DNA of 64,000 nt from an uncultured Planctomycetota bacterium (GTDB taxonomy: Bacteria; JAJVIF01; JAPKYR01), in NCBI GenBank assembly GCA_964354375.1, contig CAYGZQ010000006.1, forward strand, positions 42,109-106,108, given 5' to 3'. The position numbers and the translations under genes are program-made. Under the pieces are notes generated by a model. That model worked only from the letters and a program-made list of their open reading frames with translations. It was not told the DNA's origin and did no database searches. Shown piece by piece: positions 28,551 to 38,198 of the stretch (its first letter is position 1; each line of letters begins with the position of its first letter).

Positions 28551-28856
28551 CTAGTTGCCGCTGGTCAACCCGAGAATCGCGAGTCCTCCAAAAGCGGCGA
28601 GCCACAGGATAAACCCGATGATTATCCCGACAATGTTGAACCAGAACAGAAAGACGAGACAACCCGTTCCCGGCAGGCCCTGGCCTGCGACCTTTTCCAT
28701 TTTCTTGGCTTCATTCATGAATATGATATTCACGATGAAGCCCGGCAACCAGAAAACGAGGTAGAGAATCAGGACGAGTACTGCCGAACCGGTGTAGCTT
28801 TTCATCCGAGCCATGTCGCGCTGGCTGTCGGAAGGGGGCGGTTCCGGGTAGGTCAT
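28551..28856 (-). CDS. Small membrane protein; paralog of the 27921 gene
   Basis: AAGGAGGAG SD; MARMKSY…FWLPGFIVNI…MEKVAGQGLPG. Confidence 0.7.
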   Translation of the reverse strand: MTYPEPPPSDSQRDMARMKSYTGSAVLVLILYLVFWLPGFIVNIIFMNEAKKMEKVAGQGLPGTGCLVFLFWFNIVGIIIGFILWLAAFGGLAILGLTSGN

Positions 28857-29174
28857 TTCTATGCTCCTCCTTGATGCCTCTCCACGGGCAGTCAAAAGGT
28901 TTGCGGCAGTATAGCACATCGGCTTTAGGTGGGCCACGGGCTATGCGTGGCGGATTGAGGGCATGTATCCATTCCGTGCGCCCTACCGGAGGGACCCCGC
29001 CTTTCCCCCGGATTAAACGCGATAAACCGGCGCCGGGGTGTTCATATTTTCGACCTTACATGATATAGTTGCGCGAACTGTTTTCGGAACGCATTGTCAC
29101 CAGTGCGAAGGGGGGGTATGTCTCTTCGGCGCAGAGGCTGTCCGATCTGAGCCGGTTATGCGGAAGGAGGCAAA

Positions 29175-29705
29175 ATGGCCGACAAATCCTGCACACACGA
29201 ATGGACAATAGTAAACCTCCGCAACGGCTATCTGGTCACCGAGGGCTGCACGCATTGCGGCGGACGCGCTTCTTTCTTCACCCTCGAGGATCGCCACCAC
29301 ATGGACAGCTACATTGACGGTCCGCACAAATGGCGCTTCCTCGGAAGCTCCCAGGCGGTCAAGTTCGATCTGCAGTGCTCGAAGTGCGGCAAGAAGGTCA
29401 CGCTGGACAGAACGCAGGCGCTGGGCATGTGCGTGGACTGCAAGGAGGACTGCAAGGCGTCGCAGAAAGGCAAGAGCGCCGGGGGCGAGAACACGTGGGT
29501 GTATCTCGCGCTGTGCGCGCAGTCGATCCATGAGAAAGGTGAATGTGTCCCTGGGGAGGAATGCCGGGCGCTGACCGAGTACTACCAGAGCCGCATCAAG
29601 TCCCCCGGGAAGAAAGTGGTATTCGTACCGTGCATACTGAGGGACAGCATCGATTTCTGCCAGGCTGAGATAATCGCCGACATCGGCTTGAAGGACATAG
29701 ATTGA
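29175..29705 (+). CDS. Cys-rich hypothetical protein, first gene of the redox operon
   Basis: GGAGG SD; CTHC, CSKC, CVDCKEDC and further Cys residues. Confidence 0.7.
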   Translation: MADKSCTHEWTIVNLRNGYLVTEGCTHCGGRASFFTLEDRHHMDSYIDGPHKWRFLGSSQAVKFDLQCSKCGKKVTLDRTQALGMCVDCKEDCKASQKGKSAGGENTWVYLALCAQSIHEKGECVPGEECRALTEYYQSRIKSPGKKVVFVPCILRDSIDFCQAEIIADIGLKDID

Positions 29706-29765
29706 CGAACACCGGATGCAGGGACGGGAGCCCTGCGCCGCAGCCTTGTGAAAGGAAGAGCAAAC

Positions 29766-30095
29766 ATGAAGGTCTCAGAACTCTCCGGAAAAGCGAATCT
29801 CACACTTGCCAACAAGATCCACGAGAAGGATGTCGACGGGGTTTTCATATCCGATATGGTGAGCGACATTGTGGCCGGGGCGCAGCCCGGCAACCTGCTC
29901 GTCACGGTGCAGACACACAAGAATCTCATTGCCACGGCGAACCTGGTGGACATATCGGCGGTCGTATTTGTCCGGGGCAAGCAGCCAGCACAGGATGTCA
30001 TCGATCTGGCCGAGCGGGCAAGGATTTCCCTCTTCACGACCGATCTCGACGCATGGAAACTAGCCCTGAAGCTTCATGAACTAGGGCTTCAATAA
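29766..30095 (+). CDS. DRTGG-domain protein
   Basis: GVFISDMVSDIVA…LLVTVQTHKNLIATA…VFVRGK. Confidence 0.75.
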   Translation: MKVSELSGKANLTLANKIHEKDVDGVFISDMVSDIVAGAQPGNLLVTVQTHKNLIATANLVDISAVVFVRGKQPAQDVIDLAERARISLFTTDLDAWKLALKLHELGLQ

Positions 30096-30196
30096 CCTGG
30101 GGGGTTTGCTCTTTACCGTCGGTCCGGCTCAAATTTCCTGCCGGCTCAAAACCCAGTCTTTTGGTACGAGACGCCAGCCCGATAGGGAGGTTGAGG

Positions 30197-30655
30197 ATGG
30201 CAAGAGACGACGTGTGTTCAGTTCTGGAGAAGGCCTCGGGGCTTCGGGAGGACCTGATCCCTATTCTCCAGCAGGTGCAGGAAGTCGAGGGTTTCATCTC
30301 ACCGGAGTCGATAGCCCTTATTTCACGGAGACTCAGGATCTCGGAAAACGAAATCTACGGGGTGGCGACGTTTTACGCGCAGTTCCGCTTCCACCCGCCG
30401 GGTGAGCACCACATAGCCATCTGCATGGGCACAGCATGTCATGTACGCGGCGGCGCGCAGCTTTCCGCGGCACTCGAACACCGTATCGGCATCACCAGAG
30501 GCGAAACCACACCGGACGGGAAGTACGATTACGAGACGGTCGCGTGTCTCGGCTGCTGCGCCCTCGCCCCCGTTGTGCGAATCGACGACAAAATCTACAG
30601 CCAGATGTCGGTCCTGAAGCTCAGGAAGGTGCTGGATGAATACGAGCAGACTTGA
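30197..30655 (+). CDS. NuoE/HydC(BfuC)-like [2Fe-2S] subunit
   Basis: LIPILQ.VQ, YGVATFY, ICMGTACHVRG, VACLGCCALAP. Confidence 0.9.
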   Translation: MARDDVCSVLEKASGLREDLIPILQQVQEVEGFISPESIALISRRLRISENEIYGVATFYAQFRFHPPGEHHIAICMGTACHVRGGAQLSAALEHRIGITRGETTPDGKYDYETVACLGCCALAPVVRIDDKIYSQMSVLKLRKVLDEYEQT

Positions 30656-32510
30656 GAAGAGACGCGAAGCCGCGGCAAGAGAATGGCGGGATTTCGAGAA
30701 CAACGCGGAGCCGATTATTTTCTTCGGAGCGGGGTCGTGCGGTCGGGCGGCCGGAGCAGTCGAGAGTCGTCAGGCTGCGGAGGAGACCCTGAAAGAGCTG
30801 GAGGTCAAGGCGAACATTGTCGAGGTCGGATGCATCGGGCCCTGCTACCTGGAACCTCTCATGGACGTCAAGCTGCCGGGCAAGCCCCGGGTCAGCTATT
30901 CGAACGTCAGTCCGAGCAAGGCCAAGACTATCCTGAAGGCTTTTTTCCAGGAGGGTGTAATTCCGGTCAAGGAGGCGGTCGGACATTTCGGAGAGGCCGG
31001 CGCTCTGGACGGGATTCCGGGCTTCTACGAGCATCCCATGTTGAAAGGGCAGGTTCGTCTCGTCCTCAGGAACTGCGGAATCATCGATCCGACGAACATA
31101 AATCACTATCTGGCGAGGGACGGGTATCGTGCGCTGGAATACGCGCTTGGCCACACGCCGGAGGAAATCCTTGAGATCGTGAAGGAAGCGGGGATACGGG
31201 GACGGGGCGGCGCAGGCTTCCCGACGGCGGTGAAATGGAAATTCTGTCGGGACGCTCCCGGCGATCAGAAGTACATGATATGCAACGCGGACGAGGGCGA
31301 CCCCGGGGCATTCATGAATCGGTCGCTGATCGAGGGCGACCCGCACGCGGTTCTGGAAGGGCTTGTCATCGCGGCGTACACCATCGGCGCAACAAAAGGC
31401 TTTATCTACATTCGCGCCGAGTATCCCCTCGCGATCCAGCGGCTGAAGAACGCGATCGGTCAGATGGAAGAGCTTGGTCTTCTCGGCAAGAACATACTCG
31501 ATTCCGGTTTTGATTTCGACATCAAGATCAAGCAGGGAGCGGGGGCGTTCGTATGCGGGGAGGAGACCGCGCTGATGGCGTCAATCGAAGGTCAGCGCGG
31601 GATGCCGAGGAGCCGTCCGCCGTTCCCGGCGCAGAAGGGTCTGTGGGGGAAGCCGACGACGATAAACAACGTCGAGACGCTGGGTACCCTTGCGAACATC
31701 ATTCGCAACGGGGCCGCGTGGTACAAGACGTTCGGAACCGAGACGAGCAAGGGCACGAAGACGTTCTCCCTGACGGGCCGAGTGCGTCGCACCGGGCTGA
31801 TCGAAGTACCGATGGGCACGACGCTGCGCAAGATCATCTTCGACATCGGAGGCGGTCTTTTCAAGGAGTTCAAAGCGGTGCAAAGCGGCGGTCCGTCGGG
31901 CGGATGCCTTTCGGCTGAATTCCTCGACACGCCCATCGATTACGAATCGCTCGCCAGAGCGGGCTCGATCATGGGCTCGGGCGGTCTGATCGTGCTGGAC
32001 GAGGACACGTGCATCGTCGATCTGGCCAGGTACTTCCTGAATTTCACTCAGTCCGAATCATGCGGGAAGTGCGTGCCTTGCAGGGTGGGAACGCGACATC
32101 TCTACGAAATTCTCGACAAGATCACTCGCGGAAAGGGCACTGTCGACGACCTGGGAAAGCTCGAGGAACTGGGGAATGTCATAAAGGGCTCGGCGCTTTG
32201 CGGGCTCGGCAACACGGCGCCGAACCCGGTACTGTCGACGCTGAAGTACTTCCGCGACGAGTACCTGGCGCATGCGAAGGATCATCGGTGCCCCGCTGCG
32301 GTGTGCCGCGACCTTGTTGTCTACCGCATCATCCGAGGAAAATGCACCGGCTGCCAGTCGTGCGTAAGAGTGTGCCCTACCGGCGCGATCACCGGACCGA
32401 GATCGGAGCCTCACAATCTCGACGAATCGAAATGCATCAAGTGTCGAGCCTGCTACGAGATTTGTCGATTCGACGCCATCGCAGGCGACGCCATCATTAT
32501 TACGTCGTGA
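30636..32510 (+). CDS. NuoF/HydB(BfuB)-like FMN/NADH-binding subunit, bifurcating-type signatures
   Basis: GRGGAGFP, CNADEGDPGAFM, GAFVCGEETAL, GGPSGGC, ESCGKCVPCR; N-terminal thioredoxin-like domain and C-terminal 2x[4Fe-4S]. Confidence 0.9.
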   Translation: MNTSRLEKRREAAAREWRDFENNAEPIIFFGAGSCGRAAGAVESRQAAEETLKELEVKANIVEVGCIGPCYLEPLMDVKLPGKPRVSYSNVSPSKAKTILKAFFQEGVIPVKEAVGHFGEAGALDGIPGFYEHPMLKGQVRLVLRNCGIIDPTNINHYLARDGYRALEYALGHTPEEILEIVKEAGIRGRGGAGFPTAVKWKFCRDAPGDQKYMICNADEGDPGAFMNRSLIEGDPHAVLEGLVIAAYTIGATKGFIYIRAEYPLAIQRLKNAIGQMEELGLLGKNILDSGFDFDIKIKQGAGAFVCGEETALMASIEGQRGMPRSRPPFPAQKGLWGKPTTINNVETLGTLANIIRNGAAWYKTFGTETSKGTKTFSLTGRVRRTGLIEVPMGTTLRKIIFDIGGGLFKEFKAVQSGGPSGGCLSAEFLDTPIDYESLARAGSIMGSGGLIVLDEDTCIVDLARYFLNFTQSESCGKCVPCRVGTRHLYEILDKITRGKGTVDDLGKLEELGNVIKGSALCGLGNTAPNPVLSTLKYFRDEYLAHAKDHRCPAAVCRDLVVYRIIRGKCTGCQSCVRVCPTGAITGPRSEPHNLDESKCIKCRACYEICRFDAIAGDAIIITS

Positions 32511-32557
32511 CGCGATGGTCCGATTGAGATGAGCTCGGATTCAGAAAAGAAAGAGCT

Positions 32558-35107
32558 ATGGAAGAGACCATAAAACTCCAATTCAACGGGCGGGAAGCCA
32601 CGGCTCCGAGGGGAGTCACGGTGCTCAGGGCCGCGGAGCTGAACGGCGTTTATATTCCGACGCTGTGCTCGCACAAGGACCTGTCGCCGTACGGGGGATG
32701 CCGTCTATGTCTTGTCGAGATCGAGGGCATGAGGGGCTATCCCCTGTCGTGCAACACGTTGGCAGCCGATGGGATGAAGGTTCTCACGGACACAGTCGCG
32801 ATAAAGCAGATAAGAAGCGAGCTTCTGCAGTTGATCTTAAGCGAGCATCCATCGAGCTGCCTGATCTGCTCCGAGGCCGACGAATGCCGGAATTTCATGG
32901 GCACGGTCCGGAAGTCGGGAATCACAACGGGCTGCCGCTACTGCCCGAACGACAATCAGTGCGAGCTCCAGGAGCTGGTCAAGAAGCTCGAGATAACGGA
33001 GATCACCTACCCTACCCTGTACCGGGGTTTCGAGAACGAGAGAAACGATCCGTTCTACGATCGCGACTACAACCTGTGCATTCTGTGCGGGCGATGCGTG
33101 AGGATGTGCCAGGAGATGCGCGGGACAGCGGTGCTGGCATTCAAATATCGCGGACCCAGGGCCATCGTCGGACCGGCGTTCGGTCGAAGCCACATGGAGG
33201 CCGGGTGCGAGTTCTGCGGCGCATGTGTCTCCGTTTGTCCGACCGGAGCGCTCGCGGAGAAGGCCAGCAAATGGGACGGCAAGCCCGATGCATCGGTTAC
33301 ATCCACCTGCCCCTACTGCGCGATCGGCTGCCAACTCGATCTCTGGACCAAGGACGGCAGATTCACCATGGCGCTGCCCGTTCTCGATCCGGAAGTCAAC
33401 GACGGCCAGGCGTGTGTCAAGGGCCGTTTCTGCCTCGGCGAAGTGTCGCACCATTTTTCGCGAGCGCGCAAGCCGATGATGAGGGACGGGAAATACTGGA
33501 AGGAGATAACATGGGACGAGGCGGTCGAGAAAGCCTCGAAAGAGCTGACAGGTCTGAAGCCCGGCGACTTCGCCATGATTGTCTCTCCGGACCTTACGAA
33601 CGAAGCACTCTATACGGCGCAGAAGTTCACGCGCATGGCCCTGGGGACGAACGCGATCGACTCAACCGCTCGAAAGGCCCTGTCAGGGAGGCTCGGGCTG
33701 TGGGCCGAGCTGTTCAGCCGCCCCATCTCAATCCAGAGCATCAAGAAGGCTTCGCGGATACTGGCGGTCGGACTCGACACCCGGTTCAACTTCTCCATCG
33801 TGGGAGTGGAAGTTCGCAAGGCTATGCAGAAAGGTGCCAAGCTTGTCACGATCGATCCGCGGGATTCCAACCTGGCGAGGTACGCGGATGTCTGGCTGCA
33901 GCCGCCTCCGGGATTCGAGGGCACTCTTCTCAAGGCGCTCGCGTCGGGCGATAAGAAGGCTCTCTCCAAGGCGGCGAAAATCGCCTGCGTCGATCTGAAA
34001 TCGCTGGGCAAGGCCGCCGAGATCATCGGGCTGGAGGGCGACCTGTTCGTGCTGATCGGGCCATGCGTTTTCCATTACTCCCATGTCGCCGAGCTGGTCG
34101 AGGCGATTACCGAGTTCGCCGACAAGGAAAATACGACAGTGCTGCCGCTGTACAGCGGAGCCAATACTCGCGGCGCTCTGGAGATGGGAGCGTTCCCCGA
34201 GCTTCTTCCGGGCTGCGCGGGACGGTCCAGCGAGGACACGGTGAAGGAGCTCGAGAAAGCGTGGGGCGGAAAACTGCCTGGCGATGCGGGCATCACGGTG
34301 GACGATGTGGTTTTTGAGAGGAAGAGGCCGAAGGTGATTTATCTCGTCGGATCGGTCCCGTTCTTCCGGCGTCCCGACTGCGATTTTCTTGTCGTGCAGG
34401 ACATCTTCGAGCCGGATTTCCCCTGCGACCTGTATCTTCCGGCGGCGAGCTTCCTCGAAACGTCGGGTACGCTGGTTAACGTGGAAGGTCGGGTGCAGGA
34501 GTTGCCGCGGACCGAAGTGCTCCCCGACAGCGTCAAGTTCGGTCGAGCGCGTCCGGACTGGTGGATTTTCTCGAAAATCGCTCGGAAGCTGAAAGCAAAA
34601 GGATTCGAGTACGGGGATATCGCCGACGTGCGGAAGGAAATGGCTTCGACGATCCCGGATTATCCCGCTCCGGGCGAGAACGATCGAGGCAGGCGGGTGC
34701 TGAGGACTCCGGGGACAGTGCCTGTGCCTGTCGGGACGAGCGCCAGTGTATCTCCAGCGGAGGGCAATTTCCTGCTTGTCCTGCATCCGGAGGGCTACAC
34801 GCACCGAGGAATCTCAATCACATCAAAAGTGGAGGGTCTCGGCATTCTGAATCCTGAGAACGGCTTTTTCCTGAATCCGGAAGATGCATGCGCTCTTGAT
34901 GTGAGCGCCGGCGATCTGATCGAGGTGAGGGCAGGAGATGCGAGCGGAGTAGCGCCGGCGAGGATTGCATCCGAGCTGCCCAGAGGGGTGATCTATCTTT
35001 TCGTTCCGGATGCTTTCGGCGGTCTGGCGTCGAGGAAGGACCTTGAGCAGCTGTATCGGCTCGAGGGGAACCCGGTCGCGGTGGAGGTGAGAAAGCATGC
35101 CGTATAG
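32558..35107 (+). CDS. NuoG/FdhA/SfrA-like Fe-S subunit with a degenerate molybdopterin domain
   Basis: IPTLC…GGCRLCLVE, CILCGRCVRMC, CEFCGACVSVCPTGAL, CPYCAIGC…CVKG; the FDH Mo-ligand loop reads AIDSTARKA. Confidence 0.8.
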   Translation: MEETIKLQFNGREATAPRGVTVLRAAELNGVYIPTLCSHKDLSPYGGCRLCLVEIEGMRGYPLSCNTLAADGMKVLTDTVAIKQIRSELLQLILSEHPSSCLICSEADECRNFMGTVRKSGITTGCRYCPNDNQCELQELVKKLEITEITYPTLYRGFENERNDPFYDRDYNLCILCGRCVRMCQEMRGTAVLAFKYRGPRAIVGPAFGRSHMEAGCEFCGACVSVCPTGALAEKASKWDGKPDASVTSTCPYCAIGCQLDLWTKDGRFTMALPVLDPEVNDGQACVKGRFCLGEVSHHFSRARKPMMRDGKYWKEITWDEAVEKASKELTGLKPGDFAMIVSPDLTNEALYTAQKFTRMALGTNAIDSTARKALSGRLGLWAELFSRPISIQSIKKASRILAVGLDTRFNFSIVGVEVRKAMQKGAKLVTIDPRDSNLARYADVWLQPPPGFEGTLLKALASGDKKALSKAAKIACVDLKSLGKAAEIIGLEGDLFVLIGPCVFHYSHVAELVEAITEFADKENTTVLPLYSGANTRGALEMGAFPELLPGCAGRSSEDTVKELEKAWGGKLPGDAGITVDDVVFERKRPKVIYLVGSVPFFRRPDCDFLVVQDIFEPDFPCDLYLPAASFLETSGTLVNVEGRVQELPRTEVLPDSVKFGRARPDWWIFSKIARKLKAKGFEYGDIADVRKEMASTIPDYPAPGENDRGRRVLRTPGTVPVPVGTSASVSPAEGNFLLVLHPEGYTHRGISITSKVEGLGILNPENGFFLNPEDACALDVSAGDLIEVRAGDASGVAPARIASELPRGVIYLFVPDAFGGLASRKDLEQLYRLEGNPVAVEVRKHAV

Positions 35108-35948
35108 AATCATCGAGAGAAGGATGACGGTGCCCAACATTCACGAGTTTGTCGTGGAGGCACCCAACGTTGCCGCGTCGATAAGACCGGGACAATTCGT
35201 CATAGTCCGCCCGACCGACCGGGGCGAGAGAGTGCCGCTATCGGTCGCGGATTTCGATCGAGAGAAGGGCACGGTGACCTCGTTCTTCCAGGAAGTGGGC
35301 GAGTCCACATCCAAGCTTGCGCTGCTGAAGCCGGGCGACACGATTCCCACGTACGCGGGTCCGCTGGGGGGAGCTTCCGAGATCGCGAATTTCGGATCGG
35401 TCATGCTGGTGGGAGGTTGTTTCGGGATCGGGAGCATTTTTCCGCTCGCGCGTGCACTAAAAGAAGTTGGGAACACGGTCTGGGTGGTCCTGGAGGCCCG
35501 CGGACAGCACCTTATCTATTGGGAAGAGAAGCTGAAGGAATATGCCGACAAGCTGTGGGTGATCACGCGGGACGGGACGAGGGGATTCAGAGGACATGTC
35601 AGCAGGCTGCCCGACATCCTGAGCGCTGAAGGGCTGAAGCCGGACCGGGTGATCGCGAACGGCTGCACGTTCATGATGAAGCGGGTCACCGACATGACCC
35701 GTCCGCTCGGGATCATGACCATTGTCAGCATGAACCCGATAATGATCGACGGCACGGGCATGTGCGGCGTGTGCAGACTGACTGTCGGAGGCGAGACAAA
35801 GTTCGCGTGTGTCGACGGTCCCGATTTCAACGGGCACCTTATCGACTGGAACGAGTTTCTCCAGCGAAGAAAGACCTATTACGAGGAGGAAGTGGAGCCG
35901 CTCAGGAGGAGCGGAAGCGGCACTGTTCATCACTGCCGAACGTGCTGA
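35097..35948 (+). CDS. nfnA: NfnA/SudB FAD/NAD-binding [2Fe-2S] subunit
   Basis: PGQFVIVR…GERVPLSVAD, GPLG, MIDGTGMCGVCRLTVGG.TKFACVDGPDF. Confidence 0.85.
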   Translation: MPYRIIERRMTVPNIHEFVVEAPNVAASIRPGQFVIVRPTDRGERVPLSVADFDREKGTVTSFFQEVGESTSKLALLKPGDTIPTYAGPLGGASEIANFGSVMLVGGCFGIGSIFPLARALKEVGNTVWVVLEARGQHLIYWEEKLKEYADKLWVITRDGTRGFRGHVSRLPDILSAEGLKPDRVIANGCTFMMKRVTDMTRPLGIMTIVSMNPIMIDGTGMCGVCRLTVGGETKFACVDGPDFNGHLIDWNEFLQRRKTYYEEEVEPLRRSGSGTVHHCRTC

Positions 35949-35978
35949 GGGGCGCGAGCTTCACAGAGGACATGACCC

Positions 35979-37415
35979 ATGGCTGATGAAGTAAAGAAGA
36001 AAAAAGAGATAAACCCGACCCGGCTGCCGATGCCGAAGCAGACGCCGGAGGAGCGCATCCGCAATTTCGACGAGGTGGCATTGGGATTCACGGGCGAGCT
36101 GGCCATTGCAGAGGCGCAGCGATGTCTGCAGTGCAAGAAGCCGCAGTGCATAGCGGGCTGCCCGGTGGAAGTGAACATTCCGGGCTTTATCAGTCGGATC
36201 GCGGAAGGCGATTTCGCGGGAGGCATCAAGGTACTCAAGGAAAAAAATGCGCTGCCTGCGGTGTGCGGGAGGGTATGTCCGCAGGAGGAGCAATGCGAGA
36301 AGGTATGCGTGCTTGGCAAGAAAATGCAGCCCGTGGCCGTCGGACGTCTTGAGCGATTCGCCGCCGACTTTGAGGCGAGCGAGGGCAAGCAGGAGTTCCC
36401 GGACATCGCTCCGAAAACCGGGAGGAGGGTCGCGATCGTTGGCTCCGGACCTGCCGGTATTACCGTGGCTGCGGACCTCGCCGTCCTCGGACACGAGGTG
36501 ATCGTGTTCGAGGCTCTCCACGATGTCGGAGGGGTGCTGATGTACGGGATCCCGGAGTTCCGGCTGCCCAAGGCGATTGTGCAGCGCGAGGTGGATTATG
36601 TCCGGAAGCTTGGGGCGGAAGTCATCCTCGACTACGTTGTGGGCAAAACAAAGACGATGGAAAGTCTCCTCGAGGAGTTCGACGCGGTTTTTGTGGGCTC
36701 GGGCGCAGGGCTTCCGTGGTTCCTGGGAATCCCGGGCGAGAATCTGAACGGGGTGTTCTCCGCCAACGAATACCTGACCCGCGTGAACCTGATGAAAGGC
36801 TACCTGTTTCCGCAGTTCGATACGCCGATCAAGCGGCCTCACAGGGTCGCGGTGGTGGGCGGAGGGAATGTGGCGATGGACTCCGCGCGGACCGCGCTGC
36901 GTCTCGGGGCCGACGAGTCGCACATAGTGTACCGTCGGTCGCGGGATGAGTTGCCCGCGCGGCTCGAGGAGGTGGAGAACGCGGAGGAAGAGGGAGTGAT
37001 TTTCGATTTTCTCACGCTGCCGACGAAGTGCCTGGGGAACGAGAGGGGCTGGCTGGTGGGGATGGAATGTCTTCGAATGGAATTGGGCGAGCCGGATGCG
37101 TCCGGGCGGCGAAAACCGGTGCCTATCGAGGGATCTGAGTTTATAATGGAAGTGGACGCGATGGTGGCCGCGATAGGCAACAGTCCGAATCCTCTGATTC
37201 CCCGGACGACGAAGGGTCTGACTATCGGTCGAAAGGGGAATATCGAGGCCGACGAGGAGACCGGGAAGACATCGCTAGCGGGGGTGTGGGCCGGGGGGGA
37301 TGTGGTAACCGGAGCGGCAACGGTCATCAACGCAATGGGCGCGGGCAGAAAAGCCGCGCGGTCGATGCATGAATATCTCGTGAGCCTGGAGTCCGACAAA
37401 AAGGCTGGAAAATGA
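35979..37415 (+). CDS. nfnB: NfnB/SudA (GltD-like) NADPH-binding bifurcating subunit
   Basis: EAQRCLQC..P.CIAGCPV, CGRVCPQEEQCE, GSGPAG, GGGNVAMDSAR, GGDVVTGAATVI.AMGAG. Confidence 0.88.
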   Translation: MADEVKKKKEINPTRLPMPKQTPEERIRNFDEVALGFTGELAIAEAQRCLQCKKPQCIAGCPVEVNIPGFISRIAEGDFAGGIKVLKEKNALPAVCGRVCPQEEQCEKVCVLGKKMQPVAVGRLERFAADFEASEGKQEFPDIAPKTGRRVAIVGSGPAGITVAADLAVLGHEVIVFEALHDVGGVLMYGIPEFRLPKAIVQREVDYVRKLGAEVILDYVVGKTKTMESLLEEFDAVFVGSGAGLPWFLGIPGENLNGVFSANEYLTRVNLMKGYLFPQFDTPIKRPHRVAVVGGGNVAMDSARTALRLGADESHIVYRRSRDELPARLEEVENAEEEGVIFDFLTLPTKCLGNERGWLVGMECLRMELGEPDASGRRKPVPIEGSEFIMEVDAMVAAIGNSPNPLIPRTTKGLTIGRKGNIEADEETGKTSLAGVWAGGDVVTGAATVINAMGAGRKAARSMHEYLVSLESDKKAGK

Positions 37416-37753
37416 AACTCTCAAAAGTAGTCGAACTGATCAAAGGTCAATACCTGTGCCGGCATCAGAACGATCCGGAGATCACGTGCTGCATGGCCTC
37501 GGACATGATGAGCGATGTGCTGGCGTTCGCCGAGGCCGGCTCTCTTCTGATCACGGGATTGACCAACTCGCAGTCGGTCAGGACCGTTGATATCGCCGAC
37601 ATTGCCGGGATAATCTACATCAGGGGCAAGAAGCCCGACGAGCAGACGGTCGAGCTCGCCGGGGAATTGTCCATAACACTGATCTCGACAGAGCTCGGCA
37701 TGTTCGAAACCTGCGGGATTCTGCGAGCGGGAGGCCTCAGGGGAGTGTGCTGA
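37412..37753 (+). CDS. DRTGG-domain protein
   Basis: ASDMMSDVLAF…LLITGLTNSQSVRT…IRGKKP. Confidence 0.8.
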   Translation: MKLSKVVELIKGQYLCRHQNDPEITCCMASDMMSDVLAFAEAGSLLITGLTNSQSVRTVDIADIAGIIYIRGKKPDEQTVELAGELSITLISTELGMFETCGILRAGGLRGVC

Positions 37754-37754
37754 T

Positions 37755-38198
37755 ATGGGGAACGAGGTCCTGTATCAGAAGGTGTTTCCAGTGACCGGCG
37801 GCGATTTCGATAAAGCCGGCGAGGTCTCGACGCAGATCAAGGCCATATTGAAAGGGGCCGGTATCGACAGCACGGTCATCCGGAGAGTTGCGATCGCGAG
37901 CTTCGAAGCCGAGATGAACGTGGTGATACACGCGGACGAGGGCGAGGTCGATTTCATACTGACTCCGTGCGACATCTGCCTGGTGGTGTCCGACCGGGGT
38001 CCGGGAATCGAGGACATCGAGCTGGCCATGCAGGAAGGCTGGTCGACAGCGTCCGACGACATGCGCGAGATGGGGTTCGGGGCAGGCATGGGCCTTCCGA
38101 ACATCAAGAAATCCTGCGACGTGTTTGAGATCGAATCCGACGTGGGCAAGGGCACGACCCTCCACCTGGTCATAAATCATAATCGACGTCAGCCATGA
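37755..38198 (+). CDS. RsbT/RsbW-like ATP-binding Ser/Thr kinase (anti-sigma regulatory factor)
   Basis: FEAEMNVVIHA, DRGPGIEDIELAMQEGWSTA, GFGAGMGLPNI. Confidence 0.85.
   Translation: MGNEVLYQKVFPVTGGDFDKAGEVSTQIKAILKGAGIDSTVIRRVAIASFEAEMNVVIHADEGEVDFILTPCDICLVVSDRGPGIEDIELAMQEGWSTASDDMREMGFGAGMGLPNIKKSCDVFEIESDVGKGTTLHLVINHNRRQP

Noticed and set aside
32558-35107. Formate dehydrogenase alpha subunit / selenoprotein
   Set aside because: The Mo-ligand Cys/Sec-His position reads ARKA, and there is no in-frame TGA
30197-35107. Respiratory complex I (nuo) operon
   Set aside because: No membrane or NuoBCD subunits are present; the partners are NfnAB and hydrogenase-type accessory genes
35979-37415. 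Glutamate synthase small subunit
   Set aside because: No gltB is adjacent, and pairing with an NfnA/SudB-type gene indicates NfnAB
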